Of a stretch of 64,000 nt of DNA, positions 60,401 to 64,000 are shown piece after piece. Both the position numbers and the translations under genes were made by a program. The notes under the pieces were generated by a model. It was not told where the DNA came from. It saw only the letters and a list, made by a program, of their open reading frames with translations, and searched no databases. Source of the DNA: Haliotis rubra (taxonomy: Eukaryota); the NCBI RefSeq assembly GCF_003918875.1, contig NW_025765814.1, positions 1,364,001-1,428,000 of the forward strand, given 5' to 3'. How positions within the stretch are numbered: position 1 is the stretch's first letter; every line of letters begins with the position of its first letter.

Positions 60401-62622
60401 TCTGCTCACAACGACCCCCGTCTTCCCTGCATTTCTGCTTCCATGCCCTATAAGAAGAATGTGAGTGAGTAAAGCATAGACACATTTGGCACAACAGTAT
60501 CATGGCAGCCTTGTAAGTAAGTACTACACCTTGGCTTGAACAAAACAGGCACAGTGGACATCACAATGCCTATTGCCAGTTCACAATGATTGGTTGGTTT
60601 CTTGTCTTACAACACATTCAGCAATATTCCTGCTACATGGCGGCAGTCTGGTAAATAATCAAAGCTGGACCAGAAAATCCAGTGATCGATCTACGTAATT
60701 GGGATACGATGATATGTGTCAACCAAGTAAGTGAGCCTGACCACCCAATCCCAATCCCATCTTACGACAAGTATGGGTTACTGAAGACCAGTTCTAACCT
60801 GTATCTTCACGGGTTCACATGACAAAACAAAACCCTAGCTGATCTGTCATCCTGTTTGCCTTTCTATGTTGCTTAACGCCACATTCAGCAACATTCCAGC
60901 TATATAAAGGCAGTCATTAATAATCAAGCCTGGACCAGATAATTCAGTGATTGACATCATGAGGATCAATGGGATACAATGACATGATTAAGTCAGCAAG
61001 CCTGATATCCAAAAACCTGTAGCAATGGACCACCTAAGCTAACCATGTAGTCATAATGAACAACACATGATACTCCATTGTGTCTGACAAGCAACCAAGG
61101 AAAGACCAATGTCCACTATGTCAGGTTTACACACTCCATCCTGCCACAGCTTCTCATACATGCCAGTTACCTGTCAAGACACGACCCTCAAGTCTCACCT
61201 CGTGTTTCTTGAGCAGCTTGAGGGCTGAAGTGAGGTCTTTGCCTGTGCTGGTAGATTTGGCCTCCTCAATACGCTCCGCCACCCATCTCTCCTCCTCCTC
61301 CGAATCCTGAAGGAACTGGTAGTAGGCCTTGGCGACCTCCAGACCCTTCCGTCGTACATCACTCACGTTCTGCACTCTGCAAACACAAGTCATCACTAGG
61401 GGGGTGCCATCTTTTATGTTTCTAGGGGCACCATAACCAAATCAAAGCTTCTGTGCTTCATCATAGCAAACATCTAAGACATGCATATTTCAGGTTTTCC
61501 TGCGATGTTGAAATACTCTTCAGAGCATCATTTAACCAAACTAAATCACTCCATTGTCACTGGAAAGTGTTCATTATGCTTTTAAGAAAGAGGTATCTTA
61601 ACCACAGAGGAAAAGATACCAATTGCCTTTTTAGCATTTTCTACATTTTGTACACACGAATCAAACCCAGGCATTCAGACAGATAAGAGGACACAGTGAC
61701 TATTCCACTACCATGTTTTTACCCTACAAACTATGATAGTTTACAACTCATTTCATAAACATGACTGTGTCTTCCAGGATAAGAGAATGAGAGGATTACT
61801 TCAAGAGAATCTAGCTTCATCAAAACAAAAACAAACAAAAAAACAAAAAAATAACACATTACAGACTTAATTAAGTTTACAATCATTAAAATGCAAGTTA
61901 ATGTCAGTACACAAACAAACAAAGCAGTTCTTGATGTTTGTTTGTTTGAATGTTTCTAGTTTATCTGATGCCACACGTAATATCCATCTGTATGAGAGCC
62001 ACCTTTAAATAATTCAAGGCCAGACCAGCCAATATAATCATTGTTATTAGAAGCATCAATCTATGCTGTCATGGTACACTGACGTGTAATAAACCAGGTT
62101 CCAGAGCCTGACTAACTGATCCAGTCATCTCTGATGACAAACACTGATTCAGTTCTAAAAACTCAGCGCCAGAATACATCCAGGGTCAATTTGCAATGAT
62201 TATATGGACAGATGTTTGTTAGTTGTCTGATAAAGCATTTCTCACTGAATCTAAAATCTTGACCTAATTTCTTGATGTAAACATCAACACTTGTTTTGTG
62301 TCTCGCCTACACAATCTAATCATCTACAGTTTCCAGTACCAATCACCGGTCTGGTATTTGCGACAAACACTTAATGCACACAAGGGAATAACTGTTTTCT
62401 GAAACAACCAACCTGTCTAGTTCCTGATTAAGTTTGCCTAGTCGTTTGTCCAAATGGCGCAGCCTCTTTGCTGCCCTCCTCCGCAAATTGTGTTGACCGT
62501 CGGTTCAACTTGCGAGCTCTCTTAGCCAGGGCCTGGAGCTGTGCTTCATGAAGGCTGTGTTGCTGGAGAAAGTCTTCGGTGCTCTGCAGGTGCTTGCCAA
62601 AGTCGGACACCTTCACCTTGTT
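391..62622 (-). CDS. SPTBN5: Beta-heavy spectrin (karst/sma-1/SPTBN5-like), internal 61 exons; gene extends beyond both window ends
   Basis: Exons with GT-AG boundaries join in consistent phase into about 3,100 aa of spectrin repeats (W..EK, LG.DL..V..LLKKH motifs). An SH3 domain ([35 protein letters not shown]) is inserted near the N-terminal end, followed by more than 20 repeats, which is beta-H architecture rather than alpha or conventional beta. Nine 1-nt indels. Confidence 0.9.
801..983 (-). CDS. SPTBN5: spectrin exon w60
   Basis: RLRHEMEQLDAWM...VEELLRRHADFEK. Confidence 0.92.
1412..1510 (-). CDS. SPTBN5: spectrin exon w59
   Basis: IQEKINQLKESH...EQNLEAQ. Confidence 0.88.
1636..1825 (-). 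CDS. SPTBN5: spectrin exon w58
   Basis: AWISEMMAILTADELARDL. Confidence 0.9.
2474..2690 (-). CDS. SPTBN5: spectrin exon w57 (-1 nt indel)
   Basis: RD.AAISEHVETITKEA...DYREL. Confidence 0.88.
2944..3376 (-). mobile_element. Degenerate DIRS YR fragment
   Basis: Aligns by eye to ~30750-31205 (agagggtgctgcccc..agcacc; AISTFHPVDGALLGQHPL; PPLW). Confidence 0.8.
3800..3955 (-). CDS. SPTBN5: spectrin exon w56
   Basis: ALSGAKEVHMYGRDADDTLEWIQEK. Confidence 0.92.
4093..4260 (-). mobile_element. tRNA-derived SINE family A
   Basis: A/B boxes, (ACTC)n tail, TSD agctggaaagag. Confidence 0.9.
4302..4493 (-). CDS. SPTBN5: spectrin exon w55
   Basis: VLQQRFEDFVHELSSNEERI. Confidence 0.92.
4606..4788 (-). 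CDS. SPTBN5: spectrin exon w54
   Basis: SDIEQQHSRLQDL...SEDYGQDLEHIE. Confidence 0.9.
4892..5143 (+). mobile_element. Short retroposon family B (~250 bp, no tRNA head)
   Basis: TSD ccaaagccagag; 3' end shared with family A. Confidence 0.88.
5375..5509 (-). CDS. SPTBN5: spectrin exon w53
   Basis: ALMKKLDALERDIDNF. Confidence 0.9.
5846..5941 (-). CDS. SPTBN5: spectrin exon w52
   Basis: FYTEVAEAEAWMNEKLPQLTSSDLGRD. Confidence 0.9.
6240..6439 (-). CDS. SPTBN5: spectrin exon w51 (-1 nt indel)
   Basis: TLE.EIVAHEPLIESV...LEAQK. Confidence 0.88.
7442..7603 (-). mobile_element. SINE family A
   Basis: Matches family consensus. Confidence 0.88.
7937..8122 (-). CDS. SPTBN5: spectrin exon w50 (-1 nt indel)
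   Basis: YNSLSEPCHIRRDNLEEA...WIQEK.PTAESTDLG..LMKKHQ. Confidence 0.88.
8441..8571 (-). CDS. SPTBN5: spectrin exon w49
   Basis: QLEQDILTHQEKVQDV. Confidence 0.9.
8712..8837 (-). CDS. SPTBN5: spectrin exon w48
   Basis: AMLFNRVADDLNTWMDEVE...LLKKHQ. Confidence 0.9.
8986..9123 (-). CDS. SPTBN5: spectrin exon w47
   Basis: EGQGLIDDSHYATPDI...LQDAYR. Confidence 0.9.
9170..9414 (-). mobile_element. Retroposon family B
   Basis: TSD ggacttcaagg. Confidence 0.9.
9608..9754 (-). CDS. SPTBN5: spectrin exon w46
   Basis: VSGWINEKLQVALDESYRDPVNLQNKLQKH. Confidence 0.9.
10316..10580 (-). CDS. SPTBN5: spectrin exon w45 (+1 nt indel)
   Basis: HTLYSVESLLKKHDGFEK...QLFLRNLYE. Confidence 0.9.
10801..10957 (-). 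mobile_element. SINE family A
   Basis: Matches family consensus. Confidence 0.88.
11041..11205 (-). mobile_element. SINE family A
   Basis: TSD gcatatgtga. Confidence 0.9.
11344..11610 (-). CDS. SPTBN5: spectrin exon w44
   Basis: AEIDGRK...KEAFLANEDLG. Confidence 0.92.
12104..12205 (-). CDS. SPTBN5: spectrin exon w43
   Basis: IQWSNEMMARMNSGDLAKDV. Confidence 0.9.
12428..12488 (-). CDS. SPTBN5: spectrin exon w42
   Basis: KSKLAESYRLQKFLADAREL. Confidence 0.87.
12646..12767 (-). CDS. SPTBN5: spectrin exon w41
   Basis: KIETQAVKLRKRHPD...NWERLEEL. Confidence 0.88.
12873..13101 (-). CDS. SPTBN5: spectrin exon w40
   Basis: WKDLQGDL...HAFNRDVDDVNERINEK. Confidence 0.92.
13426..13544 (-). CDS. 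SPTBN5: spectrin exon w39
   Basis: GITVDEKRIKAINDLADRLV. Confidence 0.88.
13758..13844 (-). CDS. SPTBN5: spectrin exon w38
   Basis: ETLVSAGNMGRDYEHCVELQKKV. Confidence 0.88.
14249..14440 (-). CDS. SPTBN5: spectrin exon w37
   Basis: QGDLLIQKRHQAS...WIREK. Confidence 0.92.
14610..14750 (-). mobile_element. Degenerate tRNA-derived SINE family D
   Basis: Reverse-complement similarity to 63655-63805; B-box-like word. Confidence 0.55.
14928..15083 (-). CDS. SPTBN5: spectrin exon w36
   Basis: AEGWIDDKLKVAYED...KLQKHQAFEAEI. Confidence 0.9.
15810..15900 (-). CDS. SPTBN5: spectrin exon w35
   Basis: RGHIKDLSSQRKNRISDNMLYANFNRDVAE. Confidence 0.88.
16257..16494 (-). mobile_element. Retroposon family B
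   Basis: TSD tgtggcacc. Confidence 0.9.
16660..16859 (-). CDS. SPTBN5: spectrin exon w34
   Basis: VYLASPDSAESVEQVEGLLRKHEAFEK. Confidence 0.9.
16869..17030 (-). mobile_element. SINE family A inserted at a splice acceptor
   Basis: TSD acctgtgacatg. Confidence 0.9.
17191..17575. mobile_element. Tourist/PIF-Harbinger-like MITE
   Basis: TIR gggacc(g/a)ttcataatttat, TAA target duplication, internal G-rich repeats. Confidence 0.85.
17804..17953 (-). CDS. SPTBN5: spectrin exon w33
   Basis: ISDKVNEVQ...LSSSQE. Confidence 0.9.
18055..18161 (-). mobile_element. SINE family A, degenerate
   Basis: Partial similarity. Confidence 0.6.
18326..18544 (-). mobile_element. Retroposon family B
   Basis: (AAAC)n tail. 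Confidence 0.85.
18680..18883 (-). CDS. SPTBN5: spectrin exon w32
   Basis: VRDLLGWA...GHYASEE. Confidence 0.92.
19257..19398 (-). mobile_element. SINE family A
   Basis: Matches family consensus. Confidence 0.85.
19505..19684 (-). CDS. SPTBN5: spectrin exon w31
   Basis: LQILIDDSGRLQEAYPGENA. Confidence 0.88.
19817..19927 (-). CDS. SPTBN5: spectrin exon w30
   Basis: EKESSIPDDLGRD...HEAFENELVALEAQ. Confidence 0.92.
20278..20538 (-). CDS. SPTBN5: spectrin exon w29
   Basis: ILKSKFEEFKRKVEAGSERF...ALSRIQ. Confidence 0.92.
20762..20944 (-). CDS. SPTBN5: spectrin exon w28
   Basis: DNLQDNLNKLRRLAAER...YGQDYEHLQ. Confidence 0.92.
21369..21423. repeat. (TG)n/(TGCG)n microsatellite
   Basis: Direct. 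Confidence 0.95.
21613..21726 (-). CDS. SPTBN5: spectrin exon w27
   Basis: VLETDIQTYSGIVTSLGKES. Confidence 0.88.
21965..22081 (-). CDS. SPTBN5: spectrin exon w26
   Basis: YLSEVAEVEAWINERMSLASSTDYGRDE. Confidence 0.9.
22315..23268. repeat. G-rich minisatellite (caatcaagggtggtcagggag variants)
   Basis: Direct; higher-order ~160-bp duplication. Confidence 0.92.
23321..23521 (-). CDS. SPTBN5: spectrin exon w25
   Basis: DLDREIQGHQPSIDKVLSTGDKLI...LQTQK. Confidence 0.9.
23884..24070 (-). CDS. SPTBN5: spectrin exon w24
   Basis: FKKLEPAVAARKQKLQES...LHKKHQ. Confidence 0.92.
24654..24784 (-). CDS. SPTBN5: spectrin exon w23
   Basis: NLETDLSTLSGTIQTIVAQGKEMADKGHY. Confidence 0.88.
24921..25010 (-). 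CDS. SPTBN5: spectrin exon w22
   Basis: AKLDEMEKSVANPDVGSDLRGVKNLLMKHQ. Confidence 0.88.
25120..25293 (-). CDS. SPTBN5: spectrin exon w21
   Basis: DGKKMIGDGHYAAPEI...LEDAQ. Confidence 0.9.
25758..25904 (-). CDS. SPTBN5: spectrin exon w20
   Basis: LSDWMKEKYKTATDDSYKDLSNLMAKLQKHQAFEAE. Confidence 0.92.
26183..26305 (-). CDS. SPTBN5: spectrin exon w19 (-1 nt indel)
   Basis: INKRCNQVL.RRNKVKDKAADRRKALLE. Confidence 0.82.
26436..26575 (-). CDS. SPTBN5: spectrin exon w18
   Basis: STMADVESLLRRHDDFE. Confidence 0.9.
26923..27160 (-). CDS. SPTBN5: spectrin exon w17
   Basis: FAKLRALGAEVL...GHEAFLDYSDRG. Confidence 0.9.
27400..27742. mobile_element. hAT-like MITE
   Basis: TIR tagggctgcaa.gattc / gaatc.ttgcagcccta; imperfect 8-bp TSD; subterminal (ttcga)n. 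Confidence 0.75.
28026..28290 (-). mobile_element. L2/CR1-type LINE 3' fragment
   Basis: Translates to YGDRSFSKAGPWLWNRLP...FKRPLKTHLF*, followed by gcgctatacaaat and a (TTA)n tail. Confidence 0.85.
28463..28590 (-). CDS. SPTBN5: spectrin exon w16
   Basis: LSWAGSMRARLASAEMPHDIQSAERMLKEH. Confidence 0.88.
28713..28790 (-). CDS. SPTBN5: spectrin exon w15
   Basis: SKADKRKGQLSEAQNQQKFGEDAKDI. Confidence 0.87.
28793..28930. repeat. 21-bp minisatellite
   Basis: About 6 copies of gaggaacacaatgatatgaca. Confidence 0.9.
28965..29131 (-). mobile_element. SINE family A
   Basis: TSD taacacaac. Confidence 0.9.
29321..29555. repeat. DIRS 3' terminal inverted repeat plus terminal extension
   Basis: Reverse complement of 35572-35790 with few mismatches. 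Confidence 0.92.
29598..29688. repeat. DIRS internal complementary region (ICR)
   Basis: 29598-29645 is complementary to 29321-29368 and 29647-29688 to ~35745-35786; the two halves join through one GTT. Confidence 0.9.
30144..31250 (-). pseudogene. DIRS tyrosine recombinase (frameshifted)
   Basis: GRRVGD, HSVR, IWS, and TFIRHY in a shifted frame give the catalytic R-H-R-W-Y set. Confidence 0.9.
31250..33250 (-). pseudogene. DIRS RT / RNase H / Dam-like methyltransferase ORF (frameshifted)
   Basis: FYSTYFLVTKKDGGFRPILNLRGLN, LPF..APRVFTK, HLDDWL, TDASLTGWG, HINVLELRA, LPGVDNARADA, D.LFA, PIPLISRVL..APLWSAQSWF. Confidence 0.9.
33173..35181 (-). pseudogene. DIRS gag-like ORF (frameshifted)
   Basis: Cys/His-rich N-terminus (PCTSC...CGMC), low-complexity middle, RRLWL..LLSLP...LF C-terminal block; lies upstream of RT. 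Confidence 0.7.
35572..35791. repeat. DIRS 5' terminal inverted repeat
   Basis: Reverse complement of ~29339-29555. Confidence 0.92.
35969..36051 (-). CDS. SPTBN5: spectrin exon w14 (+1 nt indel)
   Basis: VKSSYPDESGYVDQRQQELEKLWKGLK. Confidence 0.85.
38364..38428 (-). CDS. SPTBN5: spectrin exon w13
   Basis: NVERELVPMEEKMKRMNYLGD. Confidence 0.85.
38509..38843 (-). mobile_element. SINE family A interrupted by a ~170-bp insertion at TTAA
   Basis: SINE halves 38509-38651 and 38821-38843. Confidence 0.8.
38976..39147 (-). mobile_element. SINE family A
   Basis: Matches family consensus. Confidence 0.88.
39182..39308 (-). CDS. SPTBN5: spectrin exon w12
   Basis: IELFKSTCDELSEWIKDK...ALQRRHA. 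Confidence 0.9.
39579..39638 (-). CDS. SPTBN5: spectrin exon w11
   Basis: WANLNKLKLDKERSLEGAS. Confidence 0.85.
39745..39915 (-). mobile_element. Retroposon family B, degenerate
   Basis: Similarity to family. Confidence 0.75.
40023..40153 (-). CDS. SPTBN5: spectrin exon w10
   Basis: NLLTSLAANKGRLDNINVLAED. Confidence 0.88.
40454..40519 (-). CDS. SPTBN5: spectrin exon w9
   Basis: EGVLKSRESLADNMDAVRKKFE. Confidence 0.85.
40679..40906. repeat. 39-bp minisatellite, about 6 copies
   Basis: tgattggtgttacccaaatcctgaatgagcatggcccac. Confidence 0.95.
41087..41173 (-). CDS. SPTBN5: spectrin exon w8
   Basis: ARRISLEDAIKLFTFYWECDEFQVWMKEK. Confidence 0.9.
41603..41764 (-). mobile_element. SINE family A
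   Basis: TSD caggtactac. Confidence 0.88.
42062..42133 (-). mobile_element. SINE family A, 5'-truncated
   Basis: 3' half and tail only. Confidence 0.8.
42229..42460 (+). mobile_element. Retroposon family B
   Basis: TSD caga(c/t)tcattg, (ACTC)n tail. Confidence 0.88.
44449..44810. repeat. ~124-bp AT-rich tandem repeat, 3 copies
   Basis: caaatcatatgctattatt at ~44449, 44575, 44697. Confidence 0.9.
44956..45116 (-). mobile_element. SINE family A
   Basis: TSD actcaagtatgtcagc. Confidence 0.88.
45664..45710 (-). CDS. candidate alternative spectrin exon (47 nt)
   Basis: ccag|GA GTT AAA...GCA ACC ATG GTG ACT CAG|gtaagg; open frame, phase 1 to 0, strong donor, Kozak ATG. Confidence 0.4.
45783..45944 (-). 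mobile_element. SINE family A
   Basis: TSD aatatgtttgga. Confidence 0.88.
46035..46140 (-). mobile_element. SINE family A interrupted at TTAA
   Basis: Partial SINE abutting an insertion. Confidence 0.8.
46141..46910. mobile_element. Non-autonomous DNA transposon, TTAA-flanked (Kolobok/piggyBac-like, unclassified)
   Basis: Starts AGGGGCACTGATCCA, imperfect TGGATCAGT at ~46897; first ~120 bp nearly identical to 38652-38770. Confidence 0.55.
47312..47892 (+). mobile_element. Helentron-associated (HINE/pearl-like) non-autonomous element with ~171-bp internal repeats
   Basis: acaaga start, (CGGA)n, terminal hairpin ccccgcaa..ttgcgggg; near-identical to 54340-55093. Confidence 0.7.
48630..49020. 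repeat. ~66-bp tandem repeat, about 6 copies
   Basis: gatcatagatttaacccttattttataccgatgcaacagagg. Confidence 0.9.
49086..49183 (-). CDS. SPTBN5: spectrin exon w7
   Basis: RSKANLHFDKDNVETRQRSINVLYTKLTKLAQ; phase 1 to 0. Confidence 0.88.
49296..49533 (-). CDS. SPTBN5: spectrin exon w6, remainder of SH3
   Basis: [32 protein letters not shown]. Confidence 0.92.
49609..49750 (-). mobile_element. SINE family A
   Basis: TSD cagtgagaga. Confidence 0.85.
50083..50452 (-). mobile_element. tRNA-derived SINE family C (long core); degenerate relatives at ~2160-2320 and ~21430-21575
   Basis: GGTGTAGTGG A box, GGTTCGATCCC B box, (CACCT)n tail, TSD atat(a)ttg-like. Confidence 0.8.
50704..50875 (-). mobile_element. 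SINE family A (young)
   Basis: TSD cataaaccataga. Confidence 0.92.
51325..51447 (+). mobile_element. Retroposon family B, 5'-truncated
   Basis: TSD ctgtaactc, (ACCA)n tail. Confidence 0.8.
51488..51614 (-). mobile_element. SINE family A, internally deleted
   Basis: TSD tgatgaat. Confidence 0.82.
53010..53193 (-). mobile_element. Retroposon family B
   Basis: Similarity to family. Confidence 0.82.
54340..55093 (+). mobile_element. Second copy of the HINE-like element (three ~171-bp units)
   Basis: Same termini and units as 47312-47892. Confidence 0.7.
55812..56053 (-). mobile_element. Retroposon family B
   Basis: Similarity to family. Confidence 0.87.
56451..56990 (+). other. probable 5'UTR intron of the GPCR
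   Basis: GAG|gtaaga at 56451 and ttcatttcag| at 56990, 96 nt before the ATG. Confidence 0.5.
56570..56919. mobile_element. MITE in the GPCR 5'UTR intron
   Basis: TIR cagggttcgaaatac / gtatttctatccctg, flanked by cagta on both sides. Confidence 0.7.
57087..58084 (+). CDS. Nested single-coding-exon class A (rhodopsin-like) GPCR, orphan, aminergic-like fold; two frame breaks (~57644, ~57845)
   Basis: Three overlapping ORFs join into a 7TM protein: GN (TM1), NLSITD (TM2), WC...SVDRY (TM3), FFLP..IL..CY (TM5), CMTP (TM6), NPLIY..FRKAF (TM7/H8); N-terminal NLT sequon. Confidence 0.9.
58451..58628 (-). mobile_element. SINE family A with long tail
   Basis: About 9 GAGT units. Confidence 0.85.
58875..59088 (-). 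CDS. SPTBN5: spectrin exon w5, acidic linker plus first part of SH3 (+1 nt indel)
   Basis: ISPEKF...[20 protein letters not shown]. Confidence 0.88.
59135..59294 (-). mobile_element. SINE family A, degenerate
   Basis: Partial similarity. Confidence 0.7.
59717..59830 (-). CDS. SPTBN5: spectrin exon w4
   Basis: ALLSRHNRLEKDIKAFNGEIRRLEDL. Confidence 0.88.
60150..60447 (-). CDS. SPTBN5: spectrin exon w3 (+1 nt indel)
   Basis: GMEAEMQGR..CEQICAVGQDL...GKDEASAQ. Confidence 0.88.
60590..61010 (-). mobile_element. Two tandem family B copies
   Basis: 60590-60816 and ~60870-61010. Confidence 0.8.
61199..61376 (-). CDS. SPTBN5: spectrin exon w2
   Basis: VQNVSDVRRKGLE...LKLLKKHE. Confidence 0.9.
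62413..62622 (-). CDS. SPTBN5: spectrin exon w1 (+1 nt indel)
   Basis: NKVKVSDFGKHLQSTEDFLQQH...LDKRLGKLNQELDR; AG/GT. Confidence 0.85.
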
Positions 62623-62818
62623 CTGAGGGGGAAAACACCATCAACTGAATTAATACGACAATTGGATAATGAATACCCATCAGTTTCTGTGTTAAATGGC
62701 GGTATTCAAACAATTCCATCCACCTCATTAGATGTAAGAATTAACCTGAATCATTGCCTGAAACATATGCCCTAAAGTTACAATCTTATGAATTTTGCCA
62801 TCATCAAGGAAACTTGAA

Positions 62819-62989
62819 GACTGACTGACTGACTGAGTTCGGTTTTACGCCGCTTTTAGCAATATTCCAGCAACATCAGGGCGGGGGACACCAGATATGG
62901 GCTTCACACATTGTGCCCATGTGGGGATTCGAACCCGGGTCTTCGGCGTGACGAGCCAAGGCTTTAACCATTCGGCTACCCCACCGCCC
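62819..62989 (-). mobile_element. SINE family A (young)
   Basis: TSD gaaacttgaaga. Confidence 0.92.
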
Positions 62990-63654
62990 TGAAACTTGAA
63001 GAAGAACTGGAGACAGTTGGGTCAAATTCTGTTTGTTCAGTATTTTAATAATATCACAGTGTCCACTATAAGTAAAATAAACAGCCATAAATATTGCAGG
63101 TTTCAGCTATTTGGTAAAATACCTCAGCGAAGGTCTGATGTTGACAAATCAGACCATAATCAGGTCAAATCTTGGATTCAAACCCATGATGAGCAGATCC
63201 TGTCGCAACAAAGGGACATAACTATGTACAGGCCTTAAACCATTTGGCAACTTCAAGGGGTATTGTGTCTGAGAATCAGCCAGGCCACATACTATGTCTG
63301 CTTAATCATGTTTGTGTTCAGATGTGAAAAGGAAGGGATTCTGGGTACTTTCCTCTAAATCCCTGTAATGGTTAAGAAACTTAGATGAACATCTCCTGGC
63401 TTAACATCCGACATACAAGTTGTGCAGACATTCTAACAACATATTGTATTCTTGACATCACTAATAGCGACAGTCTGACATAGATGACATCCAGGACGTT
63501 GTGTGTCTACAGTTCTCATCCAGGATGCTTGCCCCATTAGTGCTAATTAAATGAAGAATATAGATCTTCACTACATTCTAACTTGTATGGGTAACAATCT
63601 AATTTCCATTAAGCTTTATATGATGTTCTTGCAAGCAGATAACAAATTGAACCT

Positions 63655-63805
63655 GAGCAGGAGTGATTAGATCGCCGACTTTGTGTGCTGTGATTAGGTG
63701 CCTGACTCCTGCCTGAGAGTGTGATATCGAATTCCAGACAGGACTCAACTCAACCATAGTACTAGAATCTGTACTTGACGGAATAAGTGTAATCCCAAAT
63801 ATAAC
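63655..63805 (+). mobile_element. Degenerate SINE family D
   Basis: Similar to 14610-14750. Confidence 0.55.
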
Positions 63806-64000
63806 ATGTTACATTTGACCACTTTCCAAAATGCATTTTGTATTCATCAGAAGCTATTGATGAGAGCTATGCTGGTAGGAAACAATGAAACGGACAGTAC
63901 ACGCAGCTTCCTCGGTCGATTGAATGAGCCACGTGCAACTATGTACTCTACGTTTTTTCCTGTAGCTGTTAATCTGATTATAATTTCCTTACTGTGGGAT

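Noticed and set aside
391-62622. Programmed frameshifting or RNA editing to explain the frame breaks
   Set aside because: Mixed +1 and -1 events in short runs with no consistent slippery motif; sequencing error is simpler.
391-62622. Alpha-spectrin identity
   Set aside because: Too many repeats follow the SH3 domain, and a charged linker rather than EF-hands follows the last repeat.

Overview
Eukaryotic (animal) genomic DNA, most likely a gastropod mollusc; this is inferred from repeat style and protein sequence and is not verified. The whole window lies inside one large minus-strand gene, a beta-heavy spectrin (karst/sma-1/SPTBN5 family). I traced 61 GT-AG exons (391-62622, about 9.3 kb, about 3,100 codons) encoding tandem spectrin repeats with an inserted SH3 domain. 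The N-terminal actin-binding domain and C-terminal PH domain lie outside the window. Nine exons carry single-base indels, mostly in short base runs, which point to an unpolished long-read assembly. The introns contain: (1) a nested opposite-strand class A GPCR (57087-58084) in the intron that splits the SH3 domain; (2) a full-length DIRS1-type tyrosine-recombinase retrotransposon (29321-35791) with inverted terminal repeats, an internal complementary region, GTT termini and gag/RT-RNaseH-methyltransferase/YR regions, plus an older DIRS fragment; (3) several SINE families, MITEs, Helentron-like elements, an L2 fragment and minisatellites. The most unusual signals are: a total strand bias of a SINE whose tail is a tandem splice-donor word on one strand and a branch-point-like word on the other; SINE or duplication events that remodel 3' splice sites; a tRNA-less retroposon family with a precise, pseudoknot-capable 5' end (ribozyme candidate); and a phase-compatible 47-nt candidate alternative exon just after the SH3 domain.
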